Part shown: piece after piece, positions 1-9,200 of the stretch
How positions within the stretch are numbered: position 1 is the first letter of the stretch
How the letters are laid out: every line of letters starts with the position of its first letter
NCBI GenBank assembly: GCA_964548195.1
Contig: CAZJQC010000012.1
Location: 1-43,503 of the forward strand
Reading direction: 5' to 3'
Origin: an uncultured bacterium
GTDB taxonomy: Bacteria; Macinerneyibacteriota; Macinerneyibacteria; Macinerneyibacteriales; DSCS01
DNA length: 43,503 nt
Program-made: the position numbers and the translations under genes
Notes under the pieces: model-generated
Seen by the model: only the letters and a program-made list of their open reading frames with translations
Database searches by the model: none
What the model was told of the DNA's origin: nothing

Positions 1-399
1 GGCGGCACAGCCGGAGAGATGGAAAGGTCCACGATATACCGCTTGTCCCGGCAGTCCGGCGCGCAGTACGCGCTGTATGTCAGCGGCGCCTATTCCGCGA
101 AAAACGTCACACCCGAAAATGACATCTATCCCGATTACGCGGCCGCGGAAAAAAACAAGGGATACGGGAGGACAGTGTTCATCCATTCTGAAATAGAGCT
201 GATCCGGCTGAGAGACCTTAAGACCGTGGACACGGGGTCCTACGACCATGCTTTTCAGACCGCTCCCATATTCGACGCCGATGACGCCGATGATTGGGAC
301 CGCGAGATGGCCCTGCGCGGGTTGACGGCCGCCTTTAAGGAATATTGTGAATATTTAAAAGGCGAGACAAATATTTCAACGCGGAAGATCTTCCTCTAG
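1..399 (+). CDS. Hypothetical protein, 3' part (5'-truncated by window edge)
   Basis: Frame is open from base 1 to the stop at 397-399; no family recognised; overlaps the convergent thiE 3' end by 24 bp. Confidence 0.6.
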   Translation, partial: GGTAGEMERSTIYRLSRQSGAQYALYVSGAYSAKNVTPENDIYPDYAAAEKNKGYGRTVFIHSEIELIRLRDLKTVDTGSYDHAFQTAPIFDADDADDWDREMALRGLTAAFKEYCEYLKGETNISTRKIFL

Positions 400-1032
400 T
401 AAACATCCAAGTTGCGCCCGGGCTTTTTCCGCAGTCTTTCTGATATCAGCAGTGTCAAGTACCATTGAACTTACGGCTATTCCGGCGGCTCCCATGCGCA
501 TCACTGAAGCAATGCGCCCGAATGTTATGCCGCCGATGCCTACCACGGGTATTCGCACCGCCCTGCATATGGCCCTGAAAGTCTCCGGCGAAAGCGGCCT
601 TGTGTTCGTCTTTGTCGCGGATGCGTACAGCGCCCCCGCCCCGATATAATCAGCTCCGTCAGATTCCGCGTGCAACGCCTCTTCCACAGAATTGGCCGAC
701 GCGCCTATGATAAGATCATTTCCGGCGGCTCTGCGCGCCAGCGAGACAGCCATATCGTCGGGGCCGAAATGGACCCCCTCCGCGCCGGATATCAACGCGG
801 CTTCCAGGTCATCGTTTATTATAAGGGGTATTCCCGCAGGTTTTGTCAACTCGTTTATGACAGACGCCAGCGCGGCAAGTCCGTCCGTATTGAGTGTCTT
901 GTCTCTCAGCTGCACCATGGTGACGCCGCCTGACACGGCTTTTTCAAGCGCCGGCATCAGACAGCCGCCGGGGACATATCTGTTGTCGGTGACAAGGTAT
1001 AAAAGAAGCGCTTTTCTAAGGCCGGATCTCAT
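376..1032 (-). CDS. thiE: Thiamine-phosphate synthase
   Basis: LYLVTD, VQLRDK, LIINDD, GVHFGPDD, GADYIG, ATK and VVGIGGI motifs; ATG at 1032 follows an AAGGGGA RBS (ORF track starts further upstream at 1053). Confidence 0.95.
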   Translation of the reverse strand: MRSGLRKALLLYLVTDNRYVPGGCLMPALEKAVSGGVTMVQLRDKTLNTDGLAALASVINELTKPAGIPLIINDDLEAALISGAEGVHFGPDDMAVSLARRAAGNDLIIGASANSVEEALHAESDGADYIGAGALYASATKTNTRPLSPETFRAICRAVRIPVVGIGGITFGRIASVMRMGAAGIAVSSMVLDTADIRKTAEKARAQLGCLLEEDLPR

Positions 1033-1864
1033 ATATTTCCCCTTTGCTTTCAAGCGTATCGCCGTCGATAGAATACAATGCGTCCAAAAGCGCCGGACGG
1101 AATGTCCCGGGGCCCGAACACTGCCCCTGCGCTATCAGGGATGCCGTCCTGAAGAGGGCGAACCCTCCGGCCGCGGAAACGAGCGGGCTGACGCCGGCAG
1201 CGAGCAGAGCCCCGATCAGGGCGGTGACCGCGCATCCGGCGCCGGAAAGCGACGCGGCCAGTGTCGAGCCTCCCTTTACGGCGAAGACGACCGTCCCGTC
1301 GGATACGTAATCCGTTTCGCCGGAGACAGCGCACACGCAGTCCTGGATGCGGGCGCATCTCCGGACGGTGAGGTGCTCCTCCCCGGATGCCTCTCCGGAA
1401 TCGACTCCATGATCTGAAACGGTGCCTTCCGCGATAAAACGAATCTCGTCCCTGTTGCCTTTTATAACACTGAGTCTGTGGCCGCGAAGCAGTCTTGATA
1501 CGGTGTTCCGGCGCAGTCTTGTGGAGCCCGCCCCCACCGGGTCCAGTATGACGGGAATGGCGAGAGATTCAGCCGCTTTGAGCGAACGCATATAAGCGCG
1601 GGCGGAGACTGCCGACGGCGTGCCGGTGTTTAATATAAGGCAGGACGACAAGGCGGTCATCTCGGCGCATTCGGCGGCGCAGGAAGCCATTACCGGCGAC
1701 GCGCCCGCGGCTGTCAGCACGTCGGCCGAGTATCCCGCCGAGACAAAGTTCGTGATCATATGCACCAGCGCATGTCTTCCGCGCAGTCGGGAAAGGCCGG
1801 AGGCCGCCTCATGCAGTATGCGGGCGGCGTCAAACGCGCCGTCCTTGTCCCGTTCATATCTCAC
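1016..1864 (-). CDS. thiM: Hydroxyethylthiazole kinase
   Basis: LVHMITNFV, GASPVMA, LNTGT, ILDPVGAG, IKGN.DEI and SGAGC motifs; thiamine operon context. Confidence 0.95.
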   Translation of the reverse strand: MRYERDKDGAFDAARILHEAASGLSRLRGRHALVHMITNFVSAGYSADVLTAAGASPVMASCAAECAEMTALSSCLILNTGTPSAVSARAYMRSLKAAESLAIPVILDPVGAGSTRLRRNTVSRLLRGHRLSVIKGNRDEIRFIAEGTVSDHGVDSGEASGEEHLTVRRCARIQDCVCAVSGETDYVSDGTVVFAVKGGSTLAASLSGAGCAVTALIGALLAAGVSPLVSAAGGFALFRTASLIAQGQCSGPGTFRPALLDALYSIDGDTLESKGEIYEIRP

Positions 1865-2663
1865 GCTTCAGCCCCGCTTTCTCATAAAGGGCGAAAAAAT
1901 GGTCTGTGGGCCCCGGACCCGCTCCGATGGAAAAGGAGTGGGTTATGGCCATGGTTATGTATTCCTTCGCTTTTCTGACGGCGAGTCCGACATCCGCGCC
2001 CGCGGCTATGTTGGCGGCGATGGCCGAGGATAATGTGCACCCCGTTCCGTGGGTGTTCGCAGTGCAGATCCGTCTTTGCGGCAATACGGACATCTTCAAG
2101 CCGTCAAAAAGCAGGTCTTCCGCGTCGCCGGTCGAGTGTCCGCCTTTTATCAGCACATAAGCCGGGCCCATGCCGTGAAGCGCTCTCGCCGCTTCCTCCA
2201 TGTCATGCATGTTATCTATGCGCATGCCGGTAAGCGTCTCCGCCTCCGGTATGTTGGGCGTGACTACCAGGGACTGCGGCAGAAGCAGTCTTGAGAGGGC
2301 CGCTACGGCATCGGGCCTGAGCAGATGGCTGCCGCTTTTTGATATCATCACCGGGTCGAGTACGATGCGCTTTTCGCCGTATTTAACAAGCTCTCCGTAT
2401 ATTGCCTCTATGGTGGGTATGGCTGATACCATGCCTATTTTCACCGCATCCACCCTTATATCGTCGTAGATGGCCTTTATCTGGGCGGCGACTGTCTCCG
2501 GGGAGATGTCCTCCACGGCCGTAACGCCCCTTGTGTTTTGAGCGGTGACCGCGGTGATGACGCTCATGCCGAATATGCCGTGAGCCGCGAAGGTCTTTAT
2601 GTCCGCCTGTATGCCGGCTCCGCCGCTGCTGTCGGAACCGGCTATTGTGAGGGCGTGCCTCAT
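1854..2663 (-). CDS. thiD: Hydroxymethylpyrimidine/phosphomethylpyrimidine kinase
   Basis: LTIAGSDSSGGAGIQADIKTF, VLDPVM, TPNIPEA, KGGH and NTHGTGCTLS motifs; ATG at 2663 overlaps the thiW stop (ATGA). Confidence 0.97.
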   Translation of the reverse strand: MRHALTIAGSDSSGGAGIQADIKTFAAHGIFGMSVITAVTAQNTRGVTAVEDISPETVAAQIKAIYDDIRVDAVKIGMVSAIPTIEAIYGELVKYGEKRIVLDPVMISKSGSHLLRPDAVAALSRLLLPQSLVVTPNIPEAETLTGMRIDNMHDMEEAARALHGMGPAYVLIKGGHSTGDAEDLLFDGLKMSVLPQRRICTANTHGTGCTLSSAIAANIAAGADVGLAVRKAKEYITMAITHSFSIGAGPGPTDHFFALYEKAGLKREI

Positions 2664-3154
2664 CTTTTTTCTCCGAACGGCCTTCTGCCGCGCGCCTGCA
2701 GGGCGTTGACTATGAGATATCCCGCGAAACTTCCGCCCAGCGTGCTGAGTAGAAACGGTATGACAAAAAACAGGGCGCCTGTTTCTTTGCCCATAAGCAG
2801 CAGTGCGACGGGAAACGCAGCCAGACCGCCGATTATGCCCGTGCCGAAGACTTCCCCGGCGCATGCCATTATGGTCTTATGAGTGCGCCTGAAGGCAATG
2901 GCCGCGAGCAGCGCCCCGAACATGCTGCCGGGAAAGGCGAGTATGGTACCCGTTCCCGCAATATTGCGCAGCAACGATATGGAAAGCGCGTTAAGCAGCG
3001 CGTATCCCGGGCCGAGAAAGACCGCGGATATCACATTGATCGCGTGCTGCACAGGAAAACATCTGGATACCCCCACGGGAATGAATATCACATGCCCCGT
3101 AAGGACTCCCGCGGCTATGAGCACCGCCGCCAGAGCAAGTTTCTTTGTGTTCAT
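2660..3154 (-). CDS. thiW: ECF transporter S-component for thiazole (ThiW)
   Basis: Hydrophobic 164-aa protein with FPVQHAINV, SLLRN..GTGT.LAFPGSM.GA and GEVFGTGIIG signatures; first gene after the TPP riboswitch. Confidence 0.93.
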   Translation of the reverse strand: MNTKKLALAAVLIAAGVLTGHVIFIPVGVSRCFPVQHAINVISAVFLGPGYALLNALSISLLRNIAGTGTILAFPGSMFGALLAAIAFRRTHKTIMACAGEVFGTGIIGGLAAFPVALLLMGKETGALFFVIPFLLSTLGGSFAGYLIVNALQARGRRPFGEKR

Positions 3155-3205
3155 CGAGTCCCCCTTCTGGTTTTGTTAAGGGTGCGGGGGATGTTTGTAG
3201 AAAAA

Positions 3206-3297
3206 CGTCATTTTCCTACGCTGGCATTACCCAGTTCAGGTAGAGGGTTAAAGGAACATCCTTACTCTCAGCCGGTTGCCCGGCACCCCTAATCACG
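3206..3297 (-). ncRNA. TPP (thi-box) riboswitch
   Basis: Minus strand reads AGGGGTGCC..GGCTGAGA..ACCCT..ACCTGAACTGGGTAATGCCAGCGTAGGAA, matching the TPP consensus; lies directly upstream of thiW. Confidence 0.96.
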
Positions 3298-3304
3298 TGC
3301 ATCG

Positions 3305-3332
3305 ATAATAGCACTTGGCATGACTTCTTCAA
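3305..3332 (-). promoter_or_regulatory. Putative sigma70-type promoter of the thi operon
   Basis: TTGAAG-N16-TATTAT with an extended -10 TG, ending 7 nt before the riboswitch. Confidence 0.55.
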
Positions 3333-3519
3333 CACTTATTCCTGATTTTTTGATTTTGCCGGGTCACGGGCGGGTCTGCGCACGCCGAACAGGGTATGTA
3401 TGGCCCGTATTAAGAGACGCGGCGAGTATTTTCGATATTTTCGGCCATTATAAAGTAATTCATTTGTTTACTTGAATCTTTCCCCATTTTACTGTACAGT
3501 TTACCGATAGGAGGTAAAC

Positions 3520-3930
3520 ATGAAAAAAATTATGTTTTTACTGGTCGCAGTTGTTTTGGTAGCGGGTTGCGCCAAAACGGGTTATTCGGATATCAGAGAA
3601 GTCATGAACGGAATGCTCGACGCGCAGGAAGCCTATATGGACGGGCTGGCCAACGCCGAGAGCGCTGAAGACGTTGCCGCAGCGATGAACACATTGGCCG
3701 ACAATATGGAAAAGATCGGCCCTGAGATCAAAAAGCTCACGGAAAAATATCCCGAGATCATGAAGGAAAATAAAATGCCTGATGAACTGAAGGATATCAA
3801 TGAGCGCCAGGCGAAACTTCAGGAAAACGCCAAGAACATACCCATGGAAAAGATCGGCGCATTTATGTCCGATGAGAAGGTCATGGCGGCCGCCCAGCGC
3901 ATAGGGCAGGCAATGCAGACCATGATGTAA
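3520..3930 (+). CDS. Alpha-helical lipoprotein of unknown function
   Basis: AGGAGG RBS; signal peptide with lipobox LVAG-C; downstream terminator. Confidence 0.88.
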   Translation: MKKIMFLLVAVVLVAGCAKTGYSDIREVMNGMLDAQEAYMDGLANAESAEDVAAAMNTLADNMEKIGPEIKKLTEKYPEIMKENKMPDELKDINERQAKLQENAKNIPMEKIGAFMSDEKVMAAAQRIGQAMQTMM

Positions 3931-3956
3931 GACAAAGCATTTGTTTTAAGTGACTG

Positions 3957-3983
3957 AGGGCGCGGCAAAACGCGCCCTTTTTT
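3957..3983 (+). terminator. Rho-independent terminator
   Basis: AGGGCGCG-gcaaaa-CGCGCCCT stem followed by a T-run, between convergent genes. Confidence 0.8.
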
Positions 3984-4446
3984 ATAATACTATCTGTCTG
4001 TAGGCTTCGTATGCGGCCGCGGATACGGCATTAGCCAGGTTTATGGAGCGTGTGCTGCCCGGCATCGGCAGCGACAGGCAGCTGTCCTCATGCGATTCAA
4101 GCAACGCCTCGTCAAGCCCGGCGGTCTCCCTGCCGAACACAAGCATGTCTCCCCGGGAAAAAACGGCTTCAAAATAGGAGCGCGATGTCTTTTTGGTGAA
4201 ATACCATTTCGTCTTTTCCTTTGTCGCGTCCGAAAAGGCGGCATAGGAATCCCATATCTTAAGGTCAAGGTGGCGCCAGTAGTCAAGTCCCGCGCGTCTC
4301 AGGTATTTGTCCTCAAGGCTGAAGCCAAGCGGCTTTACCAGATGAAGCCTTATGTCCAGGGCCACGCACAGCCTTCCTATGGTGCCTGTGTTGGGAGGGA
4401 TCTCCGGTTCCACAAGCACTATCTCTATAAAATTGTCACCGGCCAC
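3982..4446 (-). CDS. trmL: tRNA (cytidine/uridine(34)-2'-O)-methyltransferase, SPOUT family
   Basis: IVLVEPEIPPNTG, LRRAGLDYW, VFGRET.GL and RSINLANA motifs. Confidence 0.95.
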   Translation of the reverse strand: MAGDNFIEIVLVEPEIPPNTGTIGRLCVALDIRLHLVKPLGFSLEDKYLRRAGLDYWRHLDLKIWDSYAAFSDATKEKTKWYFTKKTSRSYFEAVFSRGDMLVFGRETAGLDEALLESHEDSCLSLPMPGSTRSINLANAVSAAAYEAYRQIVL

Positions 4447-5392
4447 TGATGATCCTTTCGATCAGGCCGTCGTAATCCGTGCCGGCGGCTTTGAACGACA
4501 TGGGGACAAGGCTGAGCGATGTCATGCCGGGCAATGTGTTCGCTTCAAGAAAATAATAGTATTCGCCGTCCAGCCGGAAATCAAAACGCACCACGCCGCG
4601 CAATCCCATCGCGCCGTAGAGCGACAGAGCGTCTTCCGACACGCGCCGCGCCGTCTCCGCCGGTATGTCCGCCGGGCATATGTATTCGCTCATGCCGCTG
4701 CCGTATTTGCTCTCATAATCGTAAAGGCCGGTCTTCGGGATGATCTCCACGACAGGGTACGCGACGCCGTCCATGACAGGCACGGTCATCTCTCTTCCCG
4801 GTATAAACGCCTCGGCCAGGACCTTGTCATCAGTCTCAAAGGCGGTCTTTACAGCCGCGTCAAGTTCCTCAGCGCGATCAATCTTTGTAAGGCCCACGGT
4901 CGACCCTTCGCGTGCGGGCTTTATTATCAACGGGTAATCAAGGCCGTCCGTGATCGAATATATATCGTCACGGGAAGTGATCTGCGCCCAGGCAGGCGTC
5001 GGTATGCCCATTGCGTCCATTATGTATTTGGAATATATCTTGTCCATGCCCAGAAAACTGGGGCCCATGCCGGCGCCGGTGTAGGGAATGGCGCACATGT
5101 CCAGAAGAGCCTGGATATGACCGTCTTCGCCGTGGCCGCCGTGCAGCATTATGATGCAGAGATCCGGTTTGGACTCCCTTAGCAGGGAGAGCAATTGCAA
5201 CACGGAGGAAACATCGCCGTTTCGCGGCGGTTTTGCGGACTGAAGGCTGAAATCTTCGAAGAGTTCAGCTCTGCCGGTGTCCAATGCGGTCACGTCATGT
5301 CTTTTTGCCGCGCTTTTGTAGACGCCCGAAGCGCTTTTAAACGAAATATCTCTTTCGGAGGAATCGCCTCCGCATAAAAGGACTATTCTCAT
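4436..5392 (-). CDS. ddl: D-alanine--D-alanine ligase
   Basis: GGDSSERDIS, LHGGHGEDG, KPAREGSTVG, YDYESKY, RFDF and EANTLPGMT motifs. Confidence 0.96.
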   Translation of the reverse strand: MRIVLLCGGDSSERDISFKSASGVYKSAAKRHDVTALDTGRAELFEDFSLQSAKPPRNGDVSSVLQLLSLLRESKPDLCIIMLHGGHGEDGHIQALLDMCAIPYTGAGMGPSFLGMDKIYSKYIMDAMGIPTPAWAQITSRDDIYSITDGLDYPLIIKPAREGSTVGLTKIDRAEELDAAVKTAFETDDKVLAEAFIPGREMTVPVMDGVAYPVVEIIPKTGLYDYESKYGSGMSEYICPADIPAETARRVSEDALSLYGAMGLRGVVRFDFRLDGEYYYFLEANTLPGMTSLSLVPMSFKAAGTDYDGLIERIISGR

Positions 5393-5508
5393 CTCATCAC
5401 CTCCACAGGATTATACCATATACTTTTAATGATATTAAACCAAATTTTTTCAGTATTGTGTTTTTTATATGATTAAATGTGTTATATTATTATCAGGGAG
5501 GTTTCTTT

Positions 5509-6219
5509 ATGTATTCCAGATCTTTAACTGCATTGCTGATGTTGTTGACTCTGTTTTTTTCCGGCTGTCTTGAAGACCCGACCACTGAGGACCTTGATGC
5601 TGCCGAAGTCACGGCCCAGGGCTGGGAATATTTTGAAAGCGCCGAGACCACGTATCCTCTTGACAGCGAAAGCCTTTATTGCCGTGCCATAGAGAAGTTC
5701 GAACTTGCGGCTTACATGGACACCGATGCCGGCGATGCATACAACGGGCTGGGGTGGTCGTATATGCGCATCAACCTTGAAGCGGATGCGATACTCAACT
5801 TCAACAGAGGACTTTCCTGTTCCGAAGGGGAGGTGCGCAGGGAGATAGCCGTGGGCTTCGGTTCCCTGCTGCTTCAGGAAAACGATATGGACAAGGCCGA
5901 ATCCGCCAAAGTCCTGCTGGAGACAGCGGTGTTCGGAGGAGGCTCCGTGACGCCTTTGGAGTCGTATACGCCTTACCCATGGCTGTTTTCACATGACGTC
6001 GCGATATCATCAGGCGACGTGCATCTGAACCTTGCCCTCGCATATCTTTATACCCACAGGAATTCAGCCGATCCTGACGCGGTGCTGGGTACCTCCGATG
6101 ATCCGCCAAACGCGCCGACATGCTGGGGACAGTATTATATTGCGGAGCAGATACTGGGGGGATCAGATGTCAGGGTCATAGAGATGTATGATCTTCTGAT
6201 AGCGGTATCCGAAATATAA
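5509..6219 (+). CDS. Lipoprotein with TPR-like helices
   Basis: GGGAGG RBS before ATG 5509; lipobox FFSG-C; TPR-like segments GWEYFE..AIEKFELA and DAYNGLGWSYM. Confidence 0.8.
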   Translation: MYSRSLTALLMLLTLFFSGCLEDPTTEDLDAAEVTAQGWEYFESAETTYPLDSESLYCRAIEKFELAAYMDTDAGDAYNGLGWSYMRINLEADAILNFNRGLSCSEGEVRREIAVGFGSLLLQENDMDKAESAKVLLETAVFGGGSVTPLESYTPYPWLFSHDVAISSGDVHLNLALAYLYTHRNSADPDAVLGTSDDPPNAPTCWGQYYIAEQILGGSDVRVIEMYDLLIAVSEI

Positions 6220-6234
6220 AACGGGGGAGAGATT

Positions 6235-9200
6235 ATGAAAAAGAAATTCACGCTATTGCTGATTACGGCCTTGTCTTTGCTCTTTGCCGCGGCGGCGCAA
6301 AACTCGGTCCCTTACAATACCGTCAATATGGAAAAATACAACAGCGACCTGCTGCCGTCGATCACGGACTGGCATATGGCGGATTTTGCTTTTATAGCTT
6401 CGCCGTCGATCGATCCGGTGCTGCCCAAGCTGAGCGGGATGTTCGTCGCGGATTTTAATGGGGGGCTGCCGGACATCGTCTTCTTTGACAGGAACAATAA
6501 CACGGTTTTGATCAAATACGACATCGCGGTGCAGCCGGGCGATTACTCAAACCTCGCGTTTTCAGACCAATACGACGCATCCTTTTATATCAACGACGGC
6601 ATAAATGAGATACGGGATGTCTCGGTGGGCGATTTCAACGCCGACGGCATCGATGACATCGCCGTCGTGTACCACGGCAATGAAGGCACCGTCTCTTCCA
6701 GAATAGGCATATTGTCCGGAGCCGGCTACCCCGGTTGGAGCCGGGACATGATACTTGACGGGGAGGACTTCTTCGACCATGTCATTTTCATGCAAAAGGC
6801 CGGCATGGCTCCCGACGTGAGAAATGTCGAGCTGCTGGACGTCGATGACGATAATATCATGGACCTGCTGATCGCCGACCAGGGGCAATACGACGCCGGC
6901 ACTTTTGCGTTGGGCGCGGCTCTGTACATATTGAGAGGCGGTGACTGGGTGGACGGCGACGCGGAGTACACGCTGGACCCGGCCGATCCCGTCACGTCCA
7001 GAGCCTATGTCGCCCCGGGGACAAAGATCGTGATCAGACGCCCCTATAATCTGGGCATATCCCTGGAGGAGGCCGAGCGTTTCGGAGAGCATCTCGCTTT
7101 CGACGCGGGCAGCGACATACTCTTCATATCCGACTCATACAGAGGCACCGGCGACGCGGGCAGCGGCATACATTGCCTGAACATCTTTGCCGCCGGGGAT
7201 TATATAGGCTGGACTTCCGATGTCTCTATAGATCTTGACCCTGCGGTGTTCGATACGGCGCATCCGGCCGTATATGGATATATATCGCAGCCTGCCGGAC
7301 TGACATTGTCGCTTTACCTTGGCAACACACTGCAGACAGGTGATATCAACGGGAACAACATACCTGATCTTGTAGCCGGCGAATACGGCAACCCGGGCAA
7401 TGACACCACAGGCAAGTTCTATTATTTTTCTGACATAGGACTGAGCTTCCTCTCGGCCAATTCATCCGTCGAGGCCGATTCCGCCGCCCATACTGTCTTT
7501 GACACCGGACGCATACCCGTGACGGTTCCCGGCATGTATATAGGGCTTGAAAGCCTGGTGGCCGACATCGATGACGATGGCGCGGATGATATAGTGCTTG
7601 GCGATCATGGCGCCCAATGCATGGCTCCCCTTTCCATAGCGGGATCGTTTTTCACGGGCGCGGTGTATGTTTTTTTCAACGATTCGGCCATAAACCTGTC
7701 GACAACCGTGGGACTGGGTTCCATCGGCGCGGCCGATCTGACGATATACGGCGAACACGGTTCTTCGGACCTTGGTAACGGCTTGTGGACCGCTGACCTT
7801 GACGGGGACGGCCACAATGAACTCTATGCCGCGGCCACCCATTTCTCATCGGCCTATGACGACATGGTCGGGGGGACGGGGATCGAATACTTCGGGAAGG
7901 TCTACGGTTTTTATATGAACGCAGACGGCATGAAATACGTGGACGACCCCGCTTACGAAGGCGATGCGGACACGTGGGGACGCGCCGTGGACCCCAATGT
8001 CTCGGATTTTCAGACGCCACTTACATTTAAAATATACTGGAGCGACCGGGGCAGGATCAACTGCATACCCGAGGGGATGAGCCTCGCCCTTGACGACGCC
8101 TCACCCTCCGGCGTGCTCGACACGGCGGACACCTCGATATCGTGGACGCCTGAGACCTCTTTTGACCCCAGAAGCCCCAACATCATAGAATGGGCCGATG
8201 TGTATGTCTCCGCGAACAACATACTGCTCACGTCCAATACTTACGACCTGCATTATCTGATAGCGGATGACAGGACGACTTCGGAATATGCCACTCAGTT
8301 CTTCACGGAGAACATGACGGTGTTCAACAATACGCGCCCGTCCGTCACATGGGACGCCGCCGCCGTAAACGGCCTTGAGATTTCGGTCATAGGGCCGGAT
8401 ACAAGCCCTTATTTCAGAATAACATACACGGATCCCGACGGGAACCTTCCCTTCCGCACCCTGCTGTGGGTAGACCTTAACGGCGACCTGATCACCGATA
8501 CCGGCGAGATATTCAATATGAACGACTCCGATCCGCTTCTTACCGATACCGCGTATGGAAAACAGTATGACATGGAACTGTCAAACGAGCTTTTCCAGGA
8601 CATATTCGACGCCATTCAAAGCAACCCTTCTCTGGATCCAGTCACTATCGCATACAGGTTCATCTTTTCGGACATAGAACTTACGGACCCCTATGCGGAC
8701 AATCTGTCCGCGGGAAACGGCACGTACGGCGTCTCGGTCTCTCTGACGGATGCGGACCATCCTCTTCCCACCGACCCCGTGAGGCTGATGTTTCCCGGAC
8801 CTGCATACCCGGGTTTTGAATCAAACGCGGTGGAGCCGGACCTGGGCGTAAGGGATGAGGATTATGAGTTCCTTATCGAGTTCTTTAATGAGAACAATCC
8901 CTCGCTTTTGCCCGATGTCACCAAGCTGCATATATATTTTTATGACAGAGACCTTGACGAAGGAGTTGAGCTGATAAGAGACCTCACGGAGACGGATGCG
9001 TCTGACACTTATACCGGCGACGGCAAATTATATGCAGCCGTCGTCAACTTCTCGGCCGCTCCCGAGCTGCTGGGCAGGGATGTGGATACCTGGGGGAGTT
9101 ATGAGTTCGAGTTTTCAAGCACCGATAATTCCTATGTGTCCATGCCCGCCTTTGAAGAGGGGACAGACTACAAGGAGATAAACTATGCCATGTCCATAAT

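Noticed and set aside
2664..2864. N-terminal extension of thiD in the ORF track
   Set aside because: It overlaps thiW; ThiD homology starts at ATG 2663, which is coupled to the thiW stop.
3355..3430. GC-rich patch between the divergent thi and lipoprotein promoters as a possible small RNA
   Set aside because: No convincing stem, terminator or recognisable family motif.
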